Shown here piece after piece: positions 46,376 through 55,843 of a stretch of 64,000 nucleotides of DNA. Position 1 is the stretch's first letter, and each line of letters begins with the position of its first letter. This DNA comes from an uncultured Candidatus Saccharibacteria bacterium (GTDB taxonomy: Bacteria; Patescibacteriota; Minisyncoccia; Phycocordibacterales; CAZTPW01): assembly GCA_964615725.1 (NCBI GenBank), contig CAZTPW010000002.1, positions 5,656 through 69,655 of the forward strand, written 5' to 3'. A program made the translations under genes and the position numbers. Under the pieces are notes generated by a model. That model did no database searches. It was given only the letters and a program-made list of their open reading frames with translations, and had not been told where the DNA came from.

Positions 46376-46454
46376 TACTTTCCCATTTTAATCCGCTTTG
46401 CTACCATAGTGGGGTCTTATCAATAACGGGGCAATGCCCATAATTTTTTAAAAC

Positions 46455-46709
46455 ATGCCAAAAGCAAATTCCGCATTCATGAAACCAATGACCATCAGCG
46501 CTGATCTCGCTCCTGTCGTAGGAAAGGGTCCAATGCCTCGATCAGAAGTCGTAAAGGCTCTCTGGGTCTATATCAAGAAGAACAATCTCCAGGATCCAAA
46601 GAACAAGCGAAACATCAATGCTGATGCTACCTTGAAGAAGGTTTTCGGCGGAAAGGCTACTGTTACTATGTTTGAAATGACAAAGCTCGTTTCAAAACAC
46701 CTCTCATAA
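46455..46709 (+). CDS. SWIB/MDM2 domain protein
   Basis: 84 aa. RSEVVKALWVYIKKNNLQDPKNKRNINADATLKKVFG matches the SWIB core. Confidence 0.7.
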   Translation: MPKANSAFMKPMTISADLAPVVGKGPMPRSEVVKALWVYIKKNNLQDPKNKRNINADATLKKVFGGKATVTMFEMTKLVSKHLS

Positions 46710-46732
46710 GGAATCGCCAACCCTGGAAGACA

Positions 46733-46764
46733 AAAACGCCCATAAGAGGGCGTTTTTGTTTTGT
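46733..46764 (+). terminator. rho-independent terminator
   Basis: aaaacgccc-ataagag-ggcgtttt followed by tgttttg. Confidence 0.8.
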
Positions 46765-46807
46765 GTTATCCACGCCACAAAATACTCAGGTTTGGTATAC
46801 TAGCACC

Positions 46808-47434
46808 ATGAATCATCCATTGAAAAAAGCACTTGTAGTCCTTCTCGTCATTGTGGTAGGGCTGGTATTTTATTCATTTATAGCAAAATACACCGCGCTT
46901 CAGCTTCCTGATTTCTCATTCCAAAAATCTGAAACAGAGATTATTGAAATGATGGGGAATCGTGCCGTAAAAGCTCTCAAAAATCGAGATTCAAAGACGC
47001 TCGCTCTCATGATGCATCCTCAAGTACACCTTCGATTCTCACCCTTCCCATCATTCAGTGCAGATTCCATCTCATTTTCACAAGACGAAGTCCAGAAGCT
47101 TTTTGCTGACAACCACAAGTATCTCTGGGGCTACACCGACGGCAAGGGCGATCCGATTCTTATGACGCCTCAGGAATATTACACCTCATATCTCTATGCC
47201 GTTGATTTTTCAAACGCACCTCAGAAATATTTCGCCCAACCCCAAACCTCTCGTGGCAACAATGTAAATACCATCCTCCAAACATTCCCCGGAGCGCGTG
47301 TGGCAGAATTCTATTTCCCTGGATTCAATCCAGAATATGAAGGTATGGATTGGAAGAGTCTTCTCATCATCTTTGCTCCGTCGGGCGGTAAATGGTTCCT
47401 CGTCGGTATTGCCAACAATCAGTGGGGGATTTAA
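46808..47434 (+). CDS. hypothetical membrane-anchored protein
   Basis: Start at the ATG at 46808 (MNHPLKKALVVLLVIVVGLVFY...). ~208 aa. Confidence 0.5.
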   Translation: MNHPLKKALVVLLVIVVGLVFYSFIAKYTALQLPDFSFQKSETEIIEMMGNRAVKALKNRDSKTLALMMHPQVHLRFSPFPSFSADSISFSQDEVQKLFADNHKYLWGYTDGKGDPILMTPQEYYTSYLYAVDFSNAPQKYFAQPQTSRGNNVNTILQTFPGARVAEFYFPGFNPEYEGMDWKSLLIIFAPSGGKWFLVGIANNQWGI

Positions 47435-47450
47435 TAGCTCGTATATTTCT

Positions 47451-47963
47451 ATGAAAAAGAAGCATTTTCAATCAAAAAAACTTCAGTCATTCATCGCTTT
47501 GTGTGTCCTCGCAACAGTGATTTGGATAATTCCTTTCTTTATTGATCATACCCAGCCAGCCCCCGACCGACTTTGGTATATGCCAGGTGGACTTCTTACC
47601 AACACTTCGTGGGATATCTATGAAGTCCGTGGCGCCGGAGCACATTATTCTATCGTCGTACCAGGCAAGACACCAAAGCCACAGTTTTCACTTTCATTCG
47701 AAAAGGACAAGCTCACCGGCACGATGTGTAACATCTTCAGTGGCCCTTATACCTTCAACGGTATGGCGGTGCGCGCAGAGCCAATTACAAGCACAAAGCG
47801 TGCATGTATCAATGGCGGTCTCATGGAGGCAGAGCAAGCACTCTTTACAGCACTTTCTTCAGGTTCGCAGTACGCAATCATCGGTAACAAGCTCGAAATC
47901 ATTGATGTGAAAAACGATATTCATATCGTCATGATGAAAAAGCAGGGTGAGGATAAGCGCTAA
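47451..47963 (+). CDS. META domain (HslJ-like) protein, membrane-anchored
   Basis: Start trimmed to the ATG at 47451 (MKKKHFQSKKLQSFIALCVLATVIWIIPFF). The C-terminal META pattern is LTGTMCNIFSGPYTFNG...ACINGGLMEAEQALFTALSS. Confidence 0.6.
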   Translation: MKKKHFQSKKLQSFIALCVLATVIWIIPFFIDHTQPAPDRLWYMPGGLLTNTSWDIYEVRGAGAHYSIVVPGKTPKPQFSLSFEKDKLTGTMCNIFSGPYTFNGMAVRAEPITSTKRACINGGLMEAEQALFTALSSGSQYAIIGNKLEIIDVKNDIHIVMMKKQGEDKR

Positions 47964-48652
47964 GCAACAATATCACCTACCTCTATACGATAGCCACGTC
48001 CTGGTACATTGTGGATGAGCTTGGGCTCTCCTTTACGCTCTATTTTTCGTCGGAGATTGAGAATGTGAGACTCTAGGGTGTTTGAATAAGGATCATCTTC
48101 TTTGTTCCATACATATTCCATCATCATTCCTCGCGAGACCACATGACCGGCGTGACGCATAAGGTATTCGAGAAGAGAAAACTCTTTCTTGGTGAGATGG
48201 ATCGGGGTATTTGCACGAGATACTTTCATACTTCCGGAATCAAGCTTGAGGTCGCCGATTGTATAAACAGAGTCCTGGAGTGCCTTTGGTCTTCGGAGAA
48301 TAGCTTTCATTCTCACAAGAAGCTCCTCGAGGGCGTAAGGTTTGCAGATATAGTCATCTGCGCCAGCATTGAAGAGAGATAGCTTGTCGCCAAGCTCGTG
48401 CTGGACGGTTGTGACAAGGATCGGAACTGTCTTTCCTGATGCGCGAATTTCCCGGCAGATCTCTAGACCGCTTTTCTTAGGCAAAATATTATCAAGGATA
48501 ATCACATCAAAATTTTCTGTCCGAGCAACATACGAACCTTTTTCGCCATCTGCGGTAGCGGTAATAGTATGGCACTCAGCTTCGAGTGCTCGTTTGAGAA
48601 AGTCTCGAACATCAATATCATCCTCGACGATCAGTATCCGCATAGGGTTCAT
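47960..48652 (-). CDS. OmpR-family response regulator (orphan; no adjacent histidine kinase)
   Basis: Receiver domain (RILIVEDD...ILDNILP) plus a winged-helix trans_reg_C domain (LTKKEFSLLEYLM...VPGRGYRI). Confidence 0.85.
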   Translation of the reverse strand: MNPMRILIVEDDIDVRDFLKRALEAECHTITATADGEKGSYVARTENFDVIILDNILPKKSGLEICREIRASGKTVPILVTTVQHELGDKLSLFNAGADDYICKPYALEELLVRMKAILRRPKALQDSVYTIGDLKLDSGSMKVSRANTPIHLTKKEFSLLEYLMRHAGHVVSRGMMMEYVWNKEDDPYSNTLESHILNLRRKIERKGEPKLIHNVPGRGYRIEVGDIVA

Positions 48653-48791
48653 TATAGGGAATTGGAGGGGTAAGGTGAAGTATTTTTAGTAATCCTTGAA
48701 CAAAAATTGAACATTCCTTGATTTTTGACCCCAATTTTTTCGTAGATTTGGCAATTTCCCGTAGAAAGTAGCTCTGTGCTACTATTATGGT

Positions 48792-49106
48792 ATGGATACA
48801 TCATTAATACACGCAGACATTTTCTTCTTCATTACCAGTATTTCTGTGGTCGTTTTTACTATTCTTGGCATCATTGCCATGGTCTTTATTGTGAGAATTC
48901 TACGCAATGCCGCATCACTTTCTGATACTGTGCGCGCAGAAGGGGAGCTTCTCGCGGAGGATTTTTCTGAATTGCGTGTCGCCTACAAAGAAGAGGGTAT
49001 GAAGATTAAGTATCTCCTCCAGTTCATCACCAAAATGCTCGGTGCAAAATCTCCTACACCACGCAAGGCTCGCCACATTCATCCAGACGACCATACGAAA
49101 AAATAA
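48792..49106 (+). CDS. hypothetical small membrane protein
   Basis: 104 aa with one TM (IFFFITSISVVVFTILGIIAMVFIV). Confidence 0.45.
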   Translation: MDTSLIHADIFFFITSISVVVFTILGIIAMVFIVRILRNAASLSDTVRAEGELLAEDFSELRVAYKEEGMKIKYLLQFITKMLGAKSPTPRKARHIHPDDHTKK

Positions 49107-49120
49107 TCAAGATTTACACC

Positions 49121-49498
49121 ATGAAAAAACAAAACAATTCATCAAAAAAGGCACTTATCGCAGGGATTGGCGCGGTGACCATAGCAGCAGGAGCTATCGG
49201 CGCATACCTCTATGGCACCAAAGACGGTGCCAAGAAGCGTAAGCAGGCAAAAAGCTGGATGTTGAAAGCAAAAGCAGAAGTTCTCGAAGAGCTCGAAGCT
49301 CTCAAAGATTCTGTGAGTGAGGATACCTACAATTCCATTGTTCATTCTGTACTCAGTAAGTACAAAGACCTTTCTCATGTCGACCTAAGCGATTTTACCG
49401 ACCTCGCTCAAGAGCTTAGGGCGCATTGGGATGATATGAAAGCAGATTTCGGTGGCCATCATCCAAAAAAGAAGTCATCACGTCGTAAGGCAAAATAA
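49121..49498 (+). CDS. hypothetical protein (YtxH-like charged helical protein)
   Basis: 125 aa with an N-terminal hydrophobic stretch then a highly charged coiled-coil-like region. Confidence 0.45.
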   Translation: MKKQNNSSKKALIAGIGAVTIAAGAIGAYLYGTKDGAKKRKQAKSWMLKAKAEVLEELEALKDSVSEDTYNSIVHSVLSKYKDLSHVDLSDFTDLAQELRAHWDDMKADFGGHHPKKKSSRRKAK

Positions 49499-49503
49499 GT
49501 ACC

Positions 49504-50259
49504 ATGAAAGATACCTCGTGGGGTAATGTAGCAGATTGGTATAGTGATCTTCTTGAATCAACGTCGGACACTTATCAGTCCGAAGTTGTTGCACCCAACC
49601 TCGTCAGACTCATAAAACCGTCTGCTGGTATGAGTATTTTAGATGTTGCATGTGGTCAGGGTTATTTTAGTCGTATTTTTGCAAGCCATGGCGCCCAGGT
49701 TACCGGGGTAGATCTCGGAAGTGCTCTTATTGAATACGCAAAAGCTCACTCGCCACAAGAAATTCTCTATTTCAACGCTCCGTCACATACGATGGATTTC
49801 CTCAAGGATCGCTCTTTTGATGCTATTTCCATAGTTCTTGCAATCCAAAATATCGAATTGTTTCGAGAAACATTTCTTGAGTGTAGTCGGGTTCTCAAAG
49901 AAAAGGGAAGGATGTATCTCATCCTCAACCATCCCGCATTCCGCATTCCAAAGCAGAGCCATTGGGGCTTCGACGAAAAAACAAATACTCAGTATCGTCG
50001 TGTTGACGAGTACCTTGGCGAATCTACCGTCGAGATTGACATGCATCCAGGTACAAAAGATTCACCAAAGACCATATCATTTCATCGCCCGCTTCAAGTT
50101 TATGCAAAAGCACTTGAAAAATCCGGCTTTGCCATTACTCGCATCGAGGAGTGGACATCACACAAAAAAAGCCAGCCTGGTCCTCGACAAAAAGCCGAAG
50201 ACAAGTCTCGCGCAGAAATTCCTCTTTTTATGATGCTTGAAGTGCGAAAAATCGCATAG
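49504..50259 (+). CDS. class I SAM-dependent methyltransferase
   Basis: Motif I ILDVACGQGYFS. 251 aa. Confidence 0.75.
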   Translation: MKDTSWGNVADWYSDLLESTSDTYQSEVVAPNLVRLIKPSAGMSILDVACGQGYFSRIFASHGAQVTGVDLGSALIEYAKAHSPQEILYFNAPSHTMDFLKDRSFDAISIVLAIQNIELFRETFLECSRVLKEKGRMYLILNHPAFRIPKQSHWGFDEKTNTQYRRVDEYLGESTVEIDMHPGTKDSPKTISFHRPLQVYAKALEKSGFAITRIEEWTSHKKSQPGPRQKAEDKSRAEIPLFMMLEVRKIA

Positions 50260-50295
50260 ATTGCCAGCGCGTGTTGTTGGAGGTACAGTATAGAT

Positions 50296-50538
50296 ATGAA
50301 AATTATTGCATATATGAAAACGGGCTGCCCTTGGTGTATTGATGTCGCCAAGTTTTTTCATGAGAAAAAGATTACCTACGAAGAGCGAAATGTTACTGAG
50401 AATAAAGCCTACTTCGATGAGATGGTAAAAAAATCAGGACAAACAAAAGCTCCAACTCTCGATATTGATGGGGTAATCCTCGCAGATTCGGATAAAGAAC
50501 AAGTTGCAAACTACCTAACTTCGCGGATGAGCTCGTAG
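50296..50538 (+). CDS. glutaredoxin-like protein (NrdH/Grx family)
   Basis: 80 aa. CPWC redox motif (KTGCPWCIDV). Confidence 0.8.
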   Translation: MKIIAYMKTGCPWCIDVAKFFHEKKITYEERNVTENKAYFDEMVKKSGQTKAPTLDIDGVILADSDKEQVANYLTSRMSS

Positions 50539-51714
50539 AGCGATGACGTGGCGGATTCCATAGAGAAGGACGAATCCGAGCACGATGAAGATTCCATAAT
50601 AGCTTTCGGTAAAGTAGAGAATGATCGTTGCGATAATCGGCGCAATACAATACGCCCATGGTCGCATGGTTCGATATACACTCATAATATGAATGCTCGT
50701 TGGGTTGATGTGGCGGAAAAAATGAGCCTCCGATCCAATTTCAACAAGACTTGCACCAATTCGAGTGGCTACCAAAATAAGTGTCCACACTACGATGCTT
50801 TTTGATTGGATGTATGGAATGCTTGCGGTCGAGATCGCCATGCAAAGGAATCCGAGAGCGAGAATCCCTTTTTCTCGATGAGTGCGGTCGATGTATCGAC
50901 CCATCGGAATATCGAAAATAACAAAAGGAAGCAACATGATACTAAACATGATGCCAATCTGCTCCCAGCTAAATCCTATGTATTCGTGGAGATAAATAGG
51001 CGCATAGATAATCATCCACGCATAGAAAAACTGCTGAATGAATTGAATGATAAAGCTCCCCAAAACATCCTTGCTTCGCCAGATTTCAAGAACTGTTTTA
51101 AAGAAAGGGTGGCGCACATACTCAGGATCTTTGAATGTGTCGAAACGATACATAAGAATAAAAATCACGGGAATGATGAGCATTGCCGCGGCAATATAGA
51201 TGCGCCAATATTCGTCACCTTGCGTAAGGAGGAGACCAGCACCAACCTGACCCACAATCCATGCTGTATTGCCACTCGTAAGGAAAAAGCCACGAACGCG
51301 ACCCATTTCATTGTGGGTGCTCAGTTTTTCAAGAAATACGTCCATGTTGAAGTTGATCAGTGCAATCGCAATGAAACTCAACATAAAGAAGCCGATAAGG
51401 AGCCATGGCGCATCCAAGAAGGCAAGCCCCAAGAGACTTGCAAGCTCGAGAAGAAGTATGATCACGATGGTTTTGTAGTTTCCGATTTTTTTGAGAAGGC
51501 TCGGAATAAAAACAAAAGCAATGATTGTGATGACTGATGAGATGGTGTAGATCAAACCAACAGACTCTTCATTGACGAGCGTCTTGAGGAAGCTTGAGTT
51601 GATGTAAACCGGCAGGGCGCAGTGAAGGGAAAACAAAAACCCTAGGATGTACATCAAAAACTTTCCTGAGCTGAAGTGTTTATGAGTGTGGAGCTTGGAG
51701 CGATGGCCTTCCAT
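50515..51714 (-). CDS. MFS transporter
   Basis: 399 aa, ~12 TMs. Convergent 24-bp overlap with the glutaredoxin gene. N-terminal start uncertain. Confidence 0.7.
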   Translation of the reverse strand: MEGHRSKLHTHKHFSSGKFLMYILGFLFSLHCALPVYINSSFLKTLVNEESVGLIYTISSVITIIAFVFIPSLLKKIGNYKTIVIILLLELASLLGLAFLDAPWLLIGFFMLSFIAIALINFNMDVFLEKLSTHNEMGRVRGFFLTSGNTAWIVGQVGAGLLLTQGDEYWRIYIAAAMLIIPVIFILMYRFDTFKDPEYVRHPFFKTVLEIWRSKDVLGSFIIQFIQQFFYAWMIIYAPIYLHEYIGFSWEQIGIMFSIMLLPFVIFDIPMGRYIDRTHREKGILALGFLCMAISTASIPYIQSKSIVVWTLILVATRIGASLVEIGSEAHFFRHINPTSIHIMSVYRTMRPWAYCIAPIIATIILYFTESYYGIFIVLGFVLLYGIRHVIALRAHPRS

Positions 51715-51721
51715 CCCTCTA

Positions 51722-53656
51722 TTATAATTCGATAATCACCGGAATGACAATTGGCTTCTTGGCTGTCTGCTGGAAGAGGTACTTACCCACAGCGTCAGTA
51801 ATGTTGTCTTTTACGTAGTCGATGTTAATCGGCTTCATGCCACGAGTAGAATCCTCAACGGTTTTCTTGATGATGAATCGGGCTTCTCGGAGGAGTTCCT
51901 GAGATTCACGGAGATACACGAAACCTCGAGAGATGAGATCTGGGGATTTCTTGAGCTTTCCTGTCTGGGTGTCGAGGAGGGCAACGATGACGAACATACC
52001 ATCTGCTGAAAGCATTTGTCGGTCTCGAATCACTACTTCCTGCATATCACCCACAGAGAAACCATCCACCATCATATTACCAGCTGGAGCTGACTCTTTG
52101 AGGCGTACGAGTTTGGTTCCTTTGTCTCGAATTTCAACAATAGTACCGTTATCAGGAACAATGACGTGATCTTTTGGCATACCAAGGCTATATGCAAGGT
52201 CTGCGTGGAGCTTCAACATGTAGTGGTTACCGTGAATTGGCATGAAGAACTTCGAATTGATTTTCTTGTGAAGCCATTCAATTTCGCCTCGGTTGCCGTG
52301 TCCTGTTGAGTGGATGTAGACGTCTGACGTTCGGTAGTGGACGATTCGCACATTCTGACGAGCGAGATTGTCTTTGAGTTTCTGCACAGTCTTTTCATTT
52401 CCAGGAATAATTGAAGATGAAAGGAGGACGGTATCACGCTCGTTGAGCTTGATGTGCTTGTGTGACTTGGTAGCCATTCGCATAAGCGCAGCGAACTCTT
52501 CACCTTGCGCACCTGTTGAGAGGACAACCACTCGATCAGGCGGAAATGAATCCACTTCTGATGAATCAATGATCGTACCTTTTTTTACTTTCAAGATACC
52601 TGCGAGGGTAGAGATTTCGATGTTGGTCTTCATGCTTCGACCCTCAATCGCAATCTTTTTGTTGTACTTCTCACAAATCTCGATGATTTTGATCATTCGC
52701 TCGAGCTGTGAAGAGAAGGTACCAATAATGAGGCGTCCTTTGATGGTCTTGATAATAGTGTCGAGGTTGTCGTGCACGATTCGCTCTGGAGTAGAGAAGC
52801 CAGGGTTTTCGATGTTGGTTGAATCAGTCATCAAGAAAAGCGTCTTGCTGTTTGCAAACTGCTCGTATTCTTTTGCTTCCTCAGAGGTAGGCACGCCATT
52901 TTCGTGGTCGAGCTTGAAGTCTCCAGGGGTAACAATGTTTCCATACGGAGTCTCGATAATCACACCCATTGAGTCTGGGATGGTGTGGGTAACAGAGAAG
53001 AATCGCACAGGAAGGTTACCGAGTGTTACTTTGCTATCTTTCTCTACAATCTTGTAATCAATTTCTGGAAGGTGAGGGAATTCTGACTGGCGCTTTTTCA
53101 CCATGATTGCGGTGAGGTTTCGGGTGTACATTGGGGGATTTCCAATACGATCCATGATGTAAGGAATACCACCGATGTGGTCGAGGTGACCGTGGGTGAC
53201 AATAATTGCGCGAATCTTCTCCTTTCGCTCTTCGAGGTATTTTGTGTTGGGAAGAATATAGTCGATACCAGGAGTGTTGTCATCTTTGAACATGAAGCCG
53301 GCGTCAATAACGACGATGTCATTTCCATATTCAACGATAGTCATGTTTCGACCAACTTCTTCTACACCTCCAAGCGGAATGATACGAATAGCATCACCGA
53401 TTGGTGGAATGGTGTCGTTTGGTTTCTTTGGAGCGATCTTGTGATCGTTACGAGAGAATTTTCGGTCGTGGCGTGTTGATCGGACTTTGCTTGATGATCC
53501 GCCAGCTCCCGCGACGTGACCATGTGGACGTCGATCCTGGCGCGGGCCATGACCTCCACGAGTATGGTGGGGGTTGTGTGATGACGTGTGATGGCTTGTC
53601 TGTTTTGGCGCTTGTAGCGCTCCGTCTGTCTGATTGTTCTGTGTTTGTGGGTTCAT
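51722..53656 (-). CDS. rnj: ribonuclease J (metallo-beta-lactamase/beta-CASP RNase) with ~90-aa basic low-complexity N-terminal extension
   Basis: HxHxDH motif (THGHLDHIGG), beta-CASP and C-terminal domain. The N-terminus is rich in H/R/K/S/T/Q (MNPQTQNNQTDG...HHTRGGHGPRQDRRPHG...) ahead of the catalytic core. Confidence 0.9.
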   Translation of the reverse strand: MNPQTQNNQTDGALQAPKQTSHHTSSHNPHHTRGGHGPRQDRRPHGHVAGAGGSSSKVRSTRHDRKFSRNDHKIAPKKPNDTIPPIGDAIRIIPLGGVEEVGRNMTIVEYGNDIVVIDAGFMFKDDNTPGIDYILPNTKYLEERKEKIRAIIVTHGHLDHIGGIPYIMDRIGNPPMYTRNLTAIMVKKRQSEFPHLPEIDYKIVEKDSKVTLGNLPVRFFSVTHTIPDSMGVIIETPYGNIVTPGDFKLDHENGVPTSEEAKEYEQFANSKTLFLMTDSTNIENPGFSTPERIVHDNLDTIIKTIKGRLIIGTFSSQLERMIKIIEICEKYNKKIAIEGRSMKTNIEISTLAGILKVKKGTIIDSSEVDSFPPDRVVVLSTGAQGEEFAALMRMATKSHKHIKLNERDTVLLSSSIIPGNEKTVQKLKDNLARQNVRIVHYRTSDVYIHSTGHGNRGEIEWLHKKINSKFFMPIHGNHYMLKLHADLAYSLGMPKDHVIVPDNGTIVEIRDKGTKLVRLKESAPAGNMMVDGFSVGDMQEVVIRDRQMLSADGMFVIVALLDTQTGKLKKSPDLISRGFVYLRESQELLREARFIIKKTVEDSTRGMKPINIDYVKDNITDAVGKYLFQQTAKKPIVIPVIIEL

Positions 53657-53681
53657 AAATGTTATTAATTGTTATGTAATT

Positions 53682-55424
53682 TTATTTCCAAATATTTTCT
53701 GTTTCTATATACCATTTCTCAATATCTCCAAATCGTTCGTTCTGTTCGGTAATGTTTTTGAAGGTTACATTCTGAATCTTTTTTGGATAGAGATAGATGA
53801 TGTCTGGCGCGTAGAGGAAGAAGGCAGGAATATCTTTCTGGATTTCATCATCGAATTTGATGAGGAGGTCTTTCTGGGCTTTGGTACTTGAGGCTGAGCG
53901 GGCATTTTCGAGGAGGGTGTCGGCTTTGCTGTTTGCATAGAGCGCCATATTGAGTCCTGGATGATTGCGCTCCGATGAGTGCCAGAAACTATAGAGATCG
54001 AGATTTCTTCCAACAACTTCTCCAAAAAGGAATGCTTGATACTTTCGAGGCTGGAGGACGTTTTGATTGAGGTCGCCTTGCTCGAACACCTTGATGTCAA
54101 CTTTTGCACCGAGCTTCTTCCACTGATCTTTGAGAATGAGGGCGGTTTTTACAAGGTCAGAAGCGTTGGTGGTAGAGAGTGAAAAGGCGAGTGGTACTGT
54201 TTCTTTCTTGGCTTTCTTTTCGTAATATCCATCGACATTCTTCTTCCATCCAGCTTTTTCAAGAAGTGCCTGAGCTTTCTTCAAGCGTTCTTCTGGGGTG
54301 CTGGTACTGTGATGGGTAGCCTCTGTGTTAAAGAATGGATATGGAAGGGGGCTGTCGACGGGTACACCATAGCCGTTCAAAACCTCACTCACGATAACAT
54401 CTTTGCTGATAGTCATTTCGAGCGCCTGTCGCACTTCATGCTCAAGGAAAATTGGTGCCTGACTCTGATTGAGGAAAACTGCAAAGGTGCGAGGAAGGGT
54501 GCTTTCAATCACCATTGATCGGTCAAGGTTGAAATCTTTTGTATTGTCAGGTGATGGAGTGATAAAGCTATCAATTTCCTCTTTTTCATAGGCATCAAGT
54601 GCGGCGCTTTCATCACCAAAAAACTTCAACTCAATTTTTGAAATATAAGGAGTGCCGAGCGCGTATTCCTCAAAAGGTTTGAGGGTATATGAAACAGGAA
54701 TACCATCCGCATCCTTTTCCACGGATGAGATTCGATATGGTCCACTACCAACTTTTGGCTCGCTATTAGCGAGAGATGAGGTGAATTGCTCTACAGAAAG
54801 GTTGCCCCAGACTGCATGGGGGAGAATACCAAGGGTAGTGCTCTCAAGAAAGGGCGCGTAAGGTTGCTTGAGAGTAAATCGAATTTCTCGATCATCAACC
54901 CTTTCTACCTCAACACCTTCCCAGTGAGCTCGGCGTGGACTCTTGAGTGCAGGGTCGAGCACTTTTTTAATCGTAGATTCTACATCTCGAGTGGTGAGGG
55001 GGCTTCCATCATGGAAGGTGAGACCTGCTTTAAGTCTAAAGGTGTAGACTTTTCCATCAGGTGAAATGGTGTAGCTTTCAGCAAGCTCTGGTACAAGGTT
55101 GCCAAGTGAGTCGGCTTTCATGAGACCGGCATACACAAGGCTCGTAACGTCTCGATCCACATCAAATGATGCCAAAACCGGGTTTACTGCATGAGGAACA
55201 CCAACAATTCCCTCAATAAACGATCCTCCTTGAGCGGGTACAGGGGTGAGAAGGTAGCCATTGAGTCGCACAATGATAGCTGCAGAGACAATACAAAGCA
55301 CAATTACCGCTGTCCAAAAGACAGATTTTTCCGTGGTACTGAATGATTGTATAAGAGAGTCAATCTTTTGATTGAGAGAACGCCCGTAATGACGAGCAAA
55401 AAGAGAATTGAGAAATGCTTTCAC
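53682..55424 (-). CDS. ABC transporter substrate-binding protein (family 5, peptide/nickel type), membrane-anchored
   Basis: 580 aa with an N-terminal TM anchor and an SBP_bac_5 architecture. Confidence 0.8.
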   Translation of the reverse strand: MKAFLNSLFARHYGRSLNQKIDSLIQSFSTTEKSVFWTAVIVLCIVSAAIIVRLNGYLLTPVPAQGGSFIEGIVGVPHAVNPVLASFDVDRDVTSLVYAGLMKADSLGNLVPELAESYTISPDGKVYTFRLKAGLTFHDGSPLTTRDVESTIKKVLDPALKSPRRAHWEGVEVERVDDREIRFTLKQPYAPFLESTTLGILPHAVWGNLSVEQFTSSLANSEPKVGSGPYRISSVEKDADGIPVSYTLKPFEEYALGTPYISKIELKFFGDESAALDAYEKEEIDSFITPSPDNTKDFNLDRSMVIESTLPRTFAVFLNQSQAPIFLEHEVRQALEMTISKDVIVSEVLNGYGVPVDSPLPYPFFNTEATHHSTSTPEERLKKAQALLEKAGWKKNVDGYYEKKAKKETVPLAFSLSTTNASDLVKTALILKDQWKKLGAKVDIKVFEQGDLNQNVLQPRKYQAFLFGEVVGRNLDLYSFWHSSERNHPGLNMALYANSKADTLLENARSASSTKAQKDLLIKFDDEIQKDIPAFFLYAPDIIYLYPKKIQNVTFKNITEQNERFGDIEKWYIETENIWK

Positions 55425-55475
55425 AAATTTGAGGAAATGGCGAACATGCCAGTTCCGAAATTACACTAGAAATAA

Positions 55476-55709
55476 TTATCGAGTAAGCGCAAAGATTGCA
55501 CTTGCCACGAAGAGAACACTCAACACAATCGTGCCATTGAACAAGAATTTTTCGAAGCCTCGTCGAGTGTGGAATCCGGAGCCGAGGTTATTGTTTTCAC
55601 CGAAAGCACCGCCTAGGCCTGCGCTTGATCGCTGGAACAATACCGCTGCCACGAGAAGCACTGCCAAGACTATCTGTATGTACGGTAGTACGTGGGTAAG
55701 AGTATTCAT
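55476..55709 (-). CDS. secG: preprotein translocase subunit SecG
   Basis: 77 aa with two TMs around a Gly-rich loop (SAGLGGAFGENNNLGSG), typical of SecG. Confidence 0.8.
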   Translation of the reverse strand: MNTLTHVLPYIQIVLAVLLVAAVLFQRSSAGLGGAFGENNNLGSGFHTRRGFEKFLFNGTIVLSVLFVASAIFALTR

Positions 55710-55723
55710 TACTGATCAGTATA

Positions 55724-55843
55724 GCAGAATATAGTACAAAGGCAAGTTTTTCGAGCACGGATATTTTCTTGGTAGAAAATTCCTCGTGCTCGGCTCGACA
55801 GCCTCGCAAGTCTCTCAAAACTTGCCTTTGTACTATATTCTGC
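55724..55843. repeat. 120-bp nested perfect palindrome (MITE-like) in the secG/lemA divergent intergenic region
   Basis: The outer 27-bp arms are perfect inverted repeats: gcagaatatagtacaaaggcaagtttt (55724-55750) and aaaacttgcctttgtactatattctgc (55817-55843). Inside them are inner inverted repeats cgagcacg/cgtgctcg (55752-55759/55785-55792) and attttc/gaaaat (55762-55767/55775-55780). Confidence 0.7.
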
